64,000 bases of DNA from Fimbriosthenelais zetlandica (Eukaryota): positions 4,154,001-4,218,000 of the forward strand of contig OZ365116.1 of assembly GCA_977030845.1 (NCBI GenBank). Reading direction: 5' to 3'. Below, piece after piece: positions 37,009 through 49,388 of the stretch. Under the pieces are notes generated by a model. It ran no database searches, was not told the origin of the DNA, and was given only the letters and a program-made list of their open reading frames with translations. Position numbers and translations under genes: made by a program. Position 1 is the first letter of the stretch. Each line of letters opens with the position of its first letter.

Positions 37009-37731
37009 CTATGTGAATATTTTACGAAGGGAGGATTTTATCTGTAACACCCATTCTCTACGGAGCGCTTCAGAGAGATGGCACCCGTCGGAGGCCAGTC
37101 GCCAATAGTCATTAGACTTATGTTTGTGGGAGTTCCGGTGGACTGATCGGGCTAACCAGGGGGTTGGATTACCTGTAGTTGCGTTGGAATTTATAAGTTT
37201 CCTATTAAAGGTGGCTAAGCATCTATTGAACATCGTTTGTGATCTATCTTGTTCTTGTTTTTGTTCTGCGTGTAAGTTCCTTTTTTCCAGCCGGTGATTC
37301 CTCCGCCAGACACACTCAAATTTGTACATGTCCATCCCTGTTATTTGAGAAAAAATTAGCTTTGGTTTGTAACTATCACTAAGAGATGCTATGAATTGCT
37401 GGCAGTTTTGAGTTATGTCAGTGGCTCCACTAGCTGCCTCCTCTAATGTGCTGTAATTGGGTGATATTATTCCCTGTCTCCTGTCTAGCGTAGTCAAGTC
37501 ACATAAACCTGCGGCCAGTATGATTATAGAAGGTTCATGTTTAAGAATATATTGTTTGGATTTATTGAGACAGGCCAACATGCCTGCTCCTTTATGTGTC
37601 AACACTTTTATGTCGCCTATATTGGCCCTATCGAAGAGAACCTGCAGGCCTGCACCCCTGGAGTCACACATAATAAGAACCGTTTCTTGCTCGGGTAATG
37701 TAAATTGGTCAGTCGCCGTTGCCATCGTCAT
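37009..37731 (-). CDS. LINE ORF1: SGNH/GDSL esterase-like protein (240 aa)
   Basis: Block I VLIMCDSR (Ser nucleophile), block II HKGAG, block III IIILAAGLCDL and block V LASDGCHLS (DxxH). It lies upstream of, and on the same strand as, ORF2. Esterase ORF1s are known from CR1/L2-group LINEs. Confidence 0.85.
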   Translation of the reverse strand: MTMATATDQFTLPEQETVLIMCDSRGAGLQVLFDRANIGDIKVLTHKGAGMLACLNKSKQYILKHEPSIIILAAGLCDLTTLDRRQGIISPNYSTLEEAASGATDITQNCQQFIASLSDSYKPKLIFSQITGMDMYKFECVWRRNHRLEKRNLHAEQKQEQDRSQTMFNRCLATFNRKLINSNATTGNPTPWLARSVHRNSHKHKSNDYWRLASDGCHLSEALRREWVLQIKSSLRKIFT

Positions 37732-38859
37732 TAATGAGCGATAATAGGTCAGAGCGAGAATGATTTACCAGAATTACTGGTAGATAAAGTTTATATGGTA
37801 CTCCCGTTGCTATTCTTTCGCCGATGTCTCTGGCGGTGTTTGTTTCAGTGTTTTCAGCTGGTTGTTATGCTGCAATGACAATGTATCCTTCTCTTTTTGC
37901 TGGAATTTCAGCTTGATATCTCTTAGTAGGGTACCGAATCGATTGTGACCTTTTGCGAGTTCTTCCGGTTTAGGGTCACCTATATTGGTGCCATGACCTG
38001 TTTTCCACACCAGATCATGTTATACTTTACTGTAATTGATATTTCATCGGGTCTGGTTAACATGATTTATTCCCCAATCTCCCTTCAACCTGAGGGAGAA
38101 ATAACCCTGGGATGGACTGGGGAGGGGTGTAGGGGAGGCCCAGGGGAGGTGCGAATAATGGTACCAGTTGGGAAAGCCTAATGTGTGAGATAAAGGTCCA
38201 AATGGAAGAGAAAAGCCCTTAAGTTGATGGATTTACCATGTTTTGTGTGTTTGCAGACACTAATGTGCTTACTTGAGATTAGAGTATATATATCAGCATC
38301 ACTATTCAATAATATCAACCCTGTACCCTCTCCACCCCCCCCCCCCCCGTCCCCCTACCCCACCATTTACTCAACCATCCATACATACATCCAACCCCAG
38401 ACGATGGGACGCGAGTTAATGGGGCAAACCCAGACAATAACTTGGCGCGTCTCCTCTCGTAAATAAATACACAATCCAGTCAAGGATACAATTTGTTATT
38501 TTGGCTGACTAAGAGATTGGGGTGGACAAAATGAACACACACACAATAATGTGGCCTGGGATAAGTCATGTGTGGGTCTTTTTACGGCGGATGGTTTATG
38601 ATTGGGAGGTAACGTTTGTGGAGTGATGACACAGGGTTGGGGATGTGGTGGAGCATCATACCACATTGGTTCAGTCAAGGAGAAACTGGTACCTCCCCTC
38701 TCTTAATGCTATCTATAAAGACCGAAAAGACACTAAGCCGATTCCCTGACAACCACGGAACAGAACGTGACGTTATATGACCTAATTTAGTGCGTTTCCG
38801 GCGGAGCACCCAGTGCGCTAAGAATGTATCATTGCGCTAAGAAATTTCTTGTAGATTTT

Positions 38860-39075
38860 ACTTTGCAAATGGCGTTCTGCGGTCTTTAGCCTTGTGAATG
38901 TTGCGATTTTGAGGCGATTATTTGTAGGCTCTCCTTGTGCCTGACTTTTCTATGGCCTCAACCGACATATCTGCCAAACCACTCGCAAATAGAGCACAGT
39001 ATAGGCTCCCCTTGTACAGTTACATTTGTGGTAGTTGCGGCAGAAGATCCAGTGGATCTACGCCTTATATAGAGA
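38860..39075. repeat. Copy of unclassified decayed dispersed repeat (anchor P)
   Basis: GGCGTTCT..GCCTTGTG..GCGATTTT..CTGACTTTTCTATGGCCTCAACCGACATATCTGCCAAACCACTCGCAAATAGAGCACAG. Confidence 0.7.
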
Positions 39076-42000
39076 GGGTCGGTATAAGGAATGGGGGGCA
39101 GGAAGGCCCGGTTTCTACATGATTAATGTGCCTGACCATATCACTGTCCAACCTAAAGAAGATAAATCACAGACGAGACAAGACCACATGAGAGATGTCC
39201 CTACGCGTATTATTTAAATGACAGACCCATGAGATGCATGGCTTCTGATGCCATGTTTCTGATGCCACAAGATAATGGTCATAGAAAGGGACAATGTCAG
39301 GGCTACCCCCTTCCCCCACCCCTCCAGTATGGCAATATTCCCCTGGTGCACATCCCAGAGACAGTCAGTAATCGGGTTCAGATTTACAATGCCCTTCACA
39401 TGACCCCCGCGTCTAAATGAATGGCTCAGATGCAGATTGAATTATTGTAACTTATTCATCACTTTCTTCCTGCCTTATCATGAAATATTGAACTCCGTCC
39501 CCTAAACATCATTTACTGTACTCTGTGATAGGACAGAACTGCGCATCAATCTGTTAAAAATGACATGGCTTCTATACCCATAAATGATAGCCTTTGACCC
39601 CTCTCATTGTCCAGAAGACATCACAAAGATGTAGAGAATAAAATAATGAGAAAACAATAAACACAAAGGGATGTTTAACATAAAATCTCCATGCTTGTAT
39701 AGCTATTTTGTGCTGTTTATGTACCTTAATTGTGGCTATATTCTCCATATAACATGTATTACCTATTGTGGATCTGTAGACACGTTTGATGTCCCATCTC
39801 TTGGTATCACATTATAAGGTCAGTAAGACGATGGTTGTCTATAGTTAGGGATGGACCTCACGTCCTATAGTGCTTGGCCTCGCCACACTTGGCCTCCCCT
39901 TCACACAACCACCCACATGCACACTCAAGCCTAATGAAAACCTAGTGCTTGTTTTGCCTGGCCACCCTCCTGGCTTTTTCAATTACATTCACTGCTCAGG
40001 ATTGTAGCTAGGGTGTGGGATGAGAAAACTAGGGGATGGGTGATCCAAAGATCGAAGGCCGTTTCACACCGTAAATTTCATCTAGAAGTTTGTTTTACTA
40101 AGATGCGAAATTTGAGCCAGATTTGTAAAAGAGACGTGAGTGGTAGAAGAGAATAGACAAAGAAGGCAAGAGGAGACATGGTAGAAGAGAGGGGTCAGAA
40201 AGAGTTTCAAGTAGAAGGAGGTGAAGAAAGAGACAAATAATTTATGATAATGAAGCCCCTAAGGGAAGGAGAAGAGTGATTCCTATGCAAGGCTGGATAG
40301 AGGCAGAAATTGGGTTCAAATTCAGGATGAACTCGGGGAGATTGGTGTCAGAAATATGTCCCTGTGAAGGTAAGACTGCAATTTGCCACCAATTCTTCCT
40401 CCCGCCCCCTCCCCCTGATCAATATGCTGCAGTCAAGTCCCCAGCCAACGACATCCACTCAGCTCCAAACTCCAAGAGCATAAAAATAGTAATCCACAAA
40501 AAATTCTCAGGATTTCTTCCATACTTTTTGCAGAGATTAACATTTTAATCTGGAGATTCACGCTCCCCTTGATGTAACATTTCCTCTTACTTCTCCAGTT
40601 TGTTCACGTGTCCCTTCATTTGATGTTATCCTTTTTTCAATTTAGCAGCTTGGACTTCCCGATCCCTCGAGCGATTCAAGTCTGATTAAATATGACATGT
40701 TATTGTGACATTGGGAGATCATAGCATGCTGTAAACCTGGATGAACATGCCACTCAGATGTGGTACATCAGTGATGGGGTGTGCTGCTGCTCATCTTACT
40801 CATGCCTATCACAATGAGACAATCTGACTGTGAAACATGGCCACTCATGTTTGAAACATCATTATCCCCTAAAAGGCAGACTGAATTCTGTTATGTGGGT
40901 TTTACATTATGCAATTCTGACATTGTCACATAAGTATCGTATATATTTTTGCAACGGTTGACTTTTCCCCGAACCCTTTTCCTGCATGGACTATTGTTTT
41001 GAAAATTTTTCTGAAACTCCATGCACTTATAACAAAAATATGTATACATAACAAAATAAATCTCTACAGAGTGGGTTTTCATCCCCACCAATTGAGTAAG
41101 AAAAGTATCATATAGTAAGTAATCAACGAGTCTCCGAACATACTCGTTGTCTAATCAATTGACTTTCCACACTGTTTGGTTAAGGCGAGTTGATGTCACA
41201 CTTTAGGGAAGGGAACATTGCTCTTTCTCTTCCAAATGATTAAAAAGTGAAGAGAGCAGACATGGCTGTATCTTGCCACTACTTTGTCAGACATGGCTCG
41301 TGCCGTCGTTTAGTAGGGTCAGTGTGACAGGAAGTGTGACTAACATTGAATGTCTGTCATGGGTGAAAGGGTCAACCGTCCTTCCTACCTACCTCCCCCT
41401 TCACCCTCCAGCAACGAGAAGCCTTCTAAAACTATGATATAATAAAGGCAATGTTAAACACAAGACCAAGACCTTGGGACCCTTCCCTTCCCTTCGGGCC
41501 CAAGGACACCTTTGTGACCTTTAGCTACTAAGACTTTTTACAGCTCGTAAATTTGTTTCCACAGGTGCCATACGTATTGAATCTTTTTACCACAAGAGCT
41601 CCCGGATTTATGGCCAACATAAGGAAGTTGGACAATGTTCGTGTGATTATTTTTATTTCTCTTGTCAAATCCATCACGTATGGAAATAACAACTCTTATT
41701 TTTTGGCAGGGAGAGGGTTCGGGAAACAGCTGGTAAAGGTGTAGTTTCTAGTTGGCTGGAAGTTGGCCTGTTTTTAAACGACAATCTGAAGGATTGAATT
41801 TTTCGGTTAAAAATGAAAGAGTATTGGTTTGGGAAATGGTTGTGTGTCGAGGGGAAATCAAATTAATTCAAATTTGGTAAAAACTTATTCCATTGAGTCC
41901 AACTGGCAGTGAAGCCCCTGTCAGAAGTGAATTCCTACAAAAATACAGGGATTCCATAACTTAAAGCACCGGTACCAGACCTCAACATTAATTCATTTTT

Positions 42001-45000
42001 TCTGTCCATCTCTGTCCCCTTTCCTGTCTGTATCTGCCTCCTTTGATATGATTCATCTTGGGAGTAATTGACAATTCCTCCACTGGTGGAGCCACTGTGG
42101 TGTGATGCGCTCGGGCGAACGGGAGTGGGATGTGTAGTAGGTGGAGTAGGAGGAAGAATAGTAGAGTGTGGACCACAGACCTCTCCACACTACCAGCCAC
42201 TACACTCACCATCCCACCTACCACCTGATACAAACATCACTACCTTATCCTACATGGATTCTATAATGTATTGGAATATACTAGGAGATAAATAAAATCC
42301 CCTACTGTTGGATGGTTTGATATAGAACTACTGCCAATGGTGGAACATTGAGATACATATAGATCATACTTGGCTAGGTTATAGACTATACAAGTCTGGC
42401 ATGTGCCTATACATATGTGACAGGCCCTTCATGCCAATGCCTCGTGCTTGTGCCATTTGATGTAACTGGCAGGATACATGTGTATGGACATTTTGATATC
42501 AAAGTAGTTAGATATCATTAGACTTGTCTCTCATAGTGTTAGTGCCATTGACCTGGTTGGACACCAATAATAACAAGTCCACCTTAGCCATGGCTTAGTG
42601 TGGATCAAACTCAGTGCATTCAGCCTCAACGCTGGAGGATCTATTGTTGGATCCATTGCCTTGACCGGGCCTCAAGTCAGCCAGGAGGCTTCCCTTCGTC
42701 CCTCCAGGCCCTGCCGCCTACCAGGGACTGGTATATGTAGGCTGCTGGATCCTCCCCATCCCTGGTCGTATCCCATCCCACCTTGGGAAGAGGTGACCAC
42801 CTGTTAAATGAGACAGGGGTGGAAGGGAAGGAGGAACTCTCAGACACACTGGAGGAGGTATCGTCCTATACTGGAGGTGCTGAATCTCCTGTGAATGCCG
42901 TATAGATGGAACTGATGGTCTGTATTGTTGGCCCATAGTGTCCGCCACTATTTTTGAGTTAAGTAAGAGGGGGAGGTACTGCATGTGCTGACCAGACCTT
43001 TCAGTCTGTTCAGCAGGAGAAAGTGCCTTTTGTGTAAGGTGTGAATGAATGGGAAGCCCAGCTGCTGGCGGCCCATGCTAGCCTGCTATAGTCTGCTAGC
43101 CAGACAGCAGGGAATCAGTGAGTTAGCAGGATCCGTGGAGTATGGACAAGAGGCCTTCCTGCCTTCCTGCTGATGCTTGACTTGATTTAAAGACCTCAGT
43201 TTTTATTAAGGGTGGGAGGAGGAGGTTGTGTTGGTGCACTAGGTGTGTGAATGGGTGAATACACGATACAGTCCATCACCTTCTGTGTATAGGTGAACAC
43301 CTTACCTTCTCTCTTACCTCAACCACCCCATCACTGTTGTTCTTTACCATACACAACCACAAGTCTTCAATCCTCCACTGTTACCAATCCTCTGTTGATC
43401 CGTGCATTCCTATAGCTCCTAGATGGTTCATATACATATACAGAGAGGTAACTTCATACTCTATACCCGGACTGCATACTGATACTGGGCCTTACACTCA
43501 CCAACCACCACATTACAACACAGAAGCATCCCAAACCACAGACGCTACTGACTTGGCACACGCTCCTCATCCCACTCCTCCCCAGTGCATGGTCCATCTC
43601 GTGTATTGGAAAAATCTTTCATTGTTATAGTCCCCGGTGTTTCCATGTTGATGCAACAACTATTACAGTTGGTACACCACTGCACTTCCCTTCACTCCAT
43701 CCCACGAAGAGGCAACACTTGGGGGTGCATTACATGGCAATTGTTTTCTAACAATACAAGAGAGGGAAATAAACACACTGCAACTTGGAAAGAAAGTTCG
43801 CTCCTGTAAGCTGTATGAATCCATTGGATATTGGCTTGCCAACTGTATTATCAAGTGCATATCGTATTAATCTGTTGGATATTGTAACAATATTGCACAT
43901 CGCAGGTGTTTATCAGTTATTATTGGGTGCTTATCGCCTACAGGTGGGATAGATTACAGACCACCACTGGGTCTACATTTGAAGCTTATCAGTACAGTTG
44001 CACAATCTAATTTGCTAAGTGTGGAAGGTGGTGGGATCTCTCATATCAGTTGATAAGATGATCCGTATCATCAACTACCAGGAATGACTGTGGGACTATG
44101 TTTATCCTGCTTCTAAATCAACAGGCCTGCTCACCTTTACTTGGGAATGTCTATGGGAATACACAGGTGCCCCAGCGAAACAGGTGAGACATTGAGAATA
44201 CCGTCAGATGAAAAGCAGCCCTTGCCTTTGAAATAACAACCACTGAAAGGGTAGACTACTTGAACTGTCGGGGGCCATAAAACCCGGGCGATACGTTTAC
44301 CCATGGTCAATCTTGACCATCTACAGGGGTCTGTGTATATATAAACGTGTGGTCACTCTCCCAGGGTAGAGGAGCTTGACCACAAACAAGCAAATCACAG
44401 GGTCATTCAAGCCCCCCACCTACTGACCACCGAGGGGGTATTTTATCTAGCACTGCTCGGACATTGGTCAGCTGGTCATCATATATCACCCTGGTTGTGG
44501 GAAGGGTCAGAGAAGCGGAGGTGGAGACCCGGGAGCCTGGGCAGATTAACGGATACCACTGTGTGTGGATGGGACGTCTCCCATATTGTACTTTGCTTAT
44601 CAGGATTGTACTTTTCAGTCCTATTCTTCCTTAAGCTCAGCCTGTCAAAGCAGTTGGCTTTCAAAGCAGATTGTCAGCCAGATACAAACAGTTATAGGAT
44701 CTATTGGTGAAGAATTACAAGTAATATACCTGCCCTTTGGATATATTTGATCTTACAATAAGGTGGTGGTCTATTCTAAACCTTCTCCATTGTGATCCTC
44801 ACATTTAAACTGGGAGACATAGAATCAGATCCACCATTGGGATTTAAAAAGCAAGTACTTATCTGATCAACAGCATTGGATTAAACTCAACTATTATCTG
44901 GTCCTCGGCTATTCCTATAGCTTTGTATTGAAGTTAGCCCAAGTGGCTATCCCTTCTTGACAGTTTCCACCCTTTGTATCTCGATTACAAACCAAGCGAG

Positions 45001-48000
45001 ACCATTTATTTTTCTCTCTGGCCTTGTGGTACAGTCCATCCATCCAAGCCAACAATAGAGCCTCATACAGGAAGGATCTGCACTGATGATATATCAAGGA
45101 TGTTAATGTTTACCCTCGCCTACTTATAGGCTGCTACTTGTCTGCTTGATAAATGATAGGCCACCTTCACTCTTACTGACCGAATCTCCACATCTCCCTG
45201 ACTGGCCACTTCAGAAGAAGAGCCAGTATAAGGAGTCCAAACCTCTTCACTTTTACATCTCAAATCTAATCATTTTATTCCCGGGATATATTCCTCTTAT
45301 ATTGTGGTGGAGGCCCTGTTGCAAGAGGACAGATACGTGCATTGTTTGCATTGGAGAATAAAAGAAAAAGTGAGAACTGGCCTGATTTTTTATATCCAAG
45401 AGGAAGGTTTTGGTGATAAATCAACCGGTTTTTGTGATCTATGTCCGTTGTGGGGACATTTTATGGATTGTTATTCCACATAGAAGGACCTAGAGACCAG
45501 AGCTGAAGCATTTATCACTTCTCTCCTGACTTAATAGCCAGTTGCTCGATCTGTTCTCTTTTGTATGGCAGAAACAAGAGTGTGACCGCCATTCATTTGG
45601 AGGGGCATTTGCTACTACAATATAAAGCACCCTGGTACTGCCACACAGGAGGGGAAAGAGACACCCCCGAGTCTGCAGACACTGGAGAAGGACCTCAGCA
45701 GGTGAGGTACAATCCATAGACACCCCTAGTGACATCTGATGGATGTATCCTCTTAAAGATTCTACCACCTCCAGTGACCTCGACGTGAGACATCATCCTT
45801 TTCCATTCAGTCCTTGAAACAATGCCTTTATCCCACGACCATATGGTCGGTTAGCTCCCCCATCCATTACCCTAGCTTTGATGGGCCATCCGAGATGCAT
45901 TTCCATTTGTTGCCAAGAGGATTCATTTGAGCAATGTGTAAAGGAGCAGGGGAAGTGGTATATATTTTGTTTTAGGATCAGAAACAGCGGTGTTTTATGG
46001 AAAATAACCCATCTATGGTAAACATCTGTCCTTTGGCCCTGAACAGGCCTGCCACAAATGCCTTTGAATGCTACAGTTATGAACTGACTACAATACCGAC
46101 TCCCCATTGTATACAAATACAGTACACTATCCTGGATAGCATTACAAAGTGCCTTTTTTCAGGAAGAAGGTGACAAAAACCAACCGCCCCTGACTCCACT
46201 ATTTGGTGTCTGTCTGTGTGTCCGGTTTTGTAAATGCTGACTGGTTACGTTTAGCCTTTGTGAGGCGTGCTCAGAGAGGCAGAGAATACCCATTGAAAGC
46301 ATACTACATACACAAAGTGCGTTAAAAATCCGCACTCCCCCCACTCCCCAAACTAGTGATATTTTATTTACTTGAAAGTTCAACTAAGGAGAGTTAAAAC
46401 TAAAGCCGTCATCGTGAAGACATTCTGTGATGAACAAAGTGACCTTCTCACCCAAACTGTTCAGTTTCCATAGTAACCTAAACTCTTTTTAAAATGTACA
46501 GAAGTGTATATAAATATCTTTGAGGTCACCGTGTCATCTGTGTGTATGTTTTATGTATAAATATCAGTTGCCCCGAGCCTTTTGGAAGTGAATATACCCT
46601 TTTAAATCGGGTTATACTTTTTTGAAAGCTTCATGAACTATTTGGATTTACGAATGAAAAATAATTGCAGGCTGACATTAGCAATGGATTACAAAATCTA
46701 GGATATTTTCCCTGATTATTTAGATAATCTTTTTATATTTGTGAATAAACTGGCACAATATTGTTTGTAACTGTATATATATTGAGATAGTTGTGGAATG
46801 ATTGGAGAAGGGCTTTGTGTCCTTACTTCAAGGTGCTTATTGTGAGTGGATATCACATACACATTGATATACACTGGACGAGGGGCATTAGAGGGAGCCT
46901 GGCACCTTTATACCTTATAAAAGCCAAGCTTCTCTACCTCTACCCCGGATTTACTTATTACCATTGTGGATAAAACCAATCGCGTTTGGATGCGGGCTTC
47001 TACGGGACTCAGCGGGTTGGTGGGGATGGGCACTGTGGCGGAAATACTGGCCCAACACTCCAAGCAGATTATGAAAAAGACTGAGAAGAAGCGCAAACGA
47101 CACCGAAAACGCAAACTACTAAGGTACTTACGTGTCTTATTTAACTATTAATCTAGAAATTTAATATATTACCCATTGCATAAAACGTCTAGCAATCATT
47201 CGATAGATGTCAAGAAAACGTCCAGAGCTTTTTCGGAGGGAGTTTGATGAAGCACCAAGACCTTTTATTCAGCCCATCAGATGATTCTATTTTATGATCA
47301 TGCTTGTATTAAGATAGAGATCTGATTTATGACAAGCTATGATCTAACCCTACTTTAGAAGAGAACATTTAGTAGAGGCAGGTGTGGTGAAGGTAGTAGC
47401 GAGGTAAGTGTTGAAGCTCTAACTTGGCAGGGGGCTATGTGCGTGTTTCAATATACCATCTTTTTAGATACGGTCGCAGGTGTTAGTTCACTTACAATAC
47501 CAAATAGGTCATACATCATTTTTCATAATGACGTCAGTGCCTTATTAGTGCCGGATTAGAATCAGCCGGTATGTCTTTGTGCATCTGAGATAGTTCTAGT
47601 CATTTTATGACCTTCTTAACAACTCCTATTCAAATTATACCTCCTTGGAAATCTTTTCATCTAGCCTCTATAACAATTCATATGTTTGTTTCTTGTACAC
47701 CAGTGTATCCCCATAACCATTTCTGGAATTCTGTTAATTATTATTTGCTTATTTATGCCTCTGTACATATAAATAATGCCAACATCCATTCCTCTGTCGA
47801 TATATCCTCACAGTTACTTTTCCGCACTAAGGATGCCCTGTCGGGATGGTAAAAAATACTCAGTACTCAAGTGAAGAGAGGAAATTGATGCTCCCTAAAC
47901 ATATCCATCTGAAAACCTTAACACTTGCCATTACATAACATCTTCCTTGACAAGCTGCCTTGAAATATAGTCAAACAATTTATACAGTGGGATATGGTGA

Positions 48001-48941
48001 GGGTAGAGTTATGTTTTTACCATACGGTGGCCGCACAAACATATCACTCAGACGTCCAATACTCACAGTGGCTAATGCTTCTTATAGTACAGGCTAAACA
48101 CACTCTCACTTCAAACAGTTCCCCGTGCCTGTCCCACAAGAAGCATCCACAAGTTGACGACTGTCCATGCCACAATGAATGACAGAAACTAAATGCTTTC
48201 CCATCCAGTTTACCTCTGGGAAAAGTACTTTGTTTTGCTGATTAATTTCAAAATGGACCTAGCAAATAAACCTTAAATTTTGTCAAGACTAGGGACCACC
48301 CCTTTCTACTGGATGAATAAAGGGAGGCCGTGGAGTGTAGGAGCCTAGATTTGCCTTTATTCCCTGGAGGATGTCATAGAGACTAGTACTAGTCTATAGT
48401 AGCTCTTCTATAGACTGATTGGTTCCTAGATAGAGTTTCACAAGATCTACTTCCTCGTAACTTGTCCCAAAGAAAGGAATCCCTAAACGCTGCCCGTCAG
48501 CCCCTTCCCCTCTCTAAAGCCCCATCACATTATATGCTGGGTGACATTTCAGCTAGAGAAACTTGATAAAATAGAAGCAGAGGTTTTTGGCCTCTCGTGA
48601 AGGTTTTTAGAAAACCTTTTTTCACAGAAATTGCTGAGTCACTCATGCCCTGGAGGATGGCAAATAGTAAATGATAGAGAATACAAGCTTCTGAGGGGAT
48701 CACAGGAGGGACTGTGTCCTCTGTGCCAGGAGAGTGGAGCAGACGATGCTTCGTTCCCTCTGAGATGTGGGGGTCTTGTAGAGTGATAGCAAGGCGATGA
48801 TTATACAGAGAGAGATGAGAGAGAGAGGTTGATGTAAGACAGCTACTGTATATCAGTCTAAAACACATCCATGCTGTCTGTATAACATCAATACCGAAAT
48901 ACAGAACTGATGCCCTATTTATTTCGACTGAACACTTTCCC

Positions 48942-49388
48942 TTATTTCTCTCTCCTCCAATATGCATCGTAACGTTCGTACTTTTTGTATTCTGCTTGTA
49001 TTCCTACATTTTTCACTTTCTCTACCTTCTCCAGTTTGTCCACTGTTAAAGCTCTTGCTCTCTGTGTCTCCGGCCATTCGGCATGGAACACTCCTAACCC
49101 CTTGGCCTGCACGATTAAAGGGACTTCCCTGCGGACATTCGACTCTCGTCCAATGAAAACCATTAATTTATTTGCTCCTGCGGACCCTCCAGCGTTCGCG
49201 TGGGAAGCCACAGGGGAGAGGGAAGAGGGAGGCTTAACAAAGGGAGATGTAGTGCCCTTTTGGGATGAGGTTTGGTAAGTGACGAAATCCCATTCATTAT
49301 TTGGGGATACTAAGGATAGTGTTGGGCACTCTTTCAGCCAATTACCCTCCAGGCTGTCAGGGTGGATAAATGTCCGATCACCCAGCAT
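48942..49388 (-). pseudogene. Fragment of a decayed coding sequence from an unclassified repeat family
   Basis: Hydrophilic 148-codon frame whose VDKLEK..KKYER segment recurs as VNKLEK..KKYGR at ~40510-40607, on the same strand, with 17/18 nt identity over the hexapeptide. Product not recognised. Confidence 0.35.

Larger units (their letters stand above)
31697..38810 (-). mobile_element. Near full-length CR1-group non-LTR retrotransposon (CR1/L2/Crack/Daphne-like); 5' boundary approximate
   Basis: Minus-strand order: CpG-rich 5' region (~38700-38810), esterase ORF1, long spacer, intact APE-RT ORF2, ~460-bp 3' UTR, and an (AAAT)n-like tail at 31697-31715. No TSD recognised. Confidence 0.85.

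Noticed and set aside
37810-38010. 66-codon frame upstream of, and in frame with, LINE ORF1
   Set aside because: It has no ATG and is separated from ORF1 by three stops, with no convincing splice sites to join them. Treated as 5' UTR.
38814-38843. 11-bp direct repeat TGCGCTAAGAA near the LINE 5' end as a possible TSD
   Set aside because: No matching copy at the 3' flank (~31680-31696), so it cannot be the LINE TSD.
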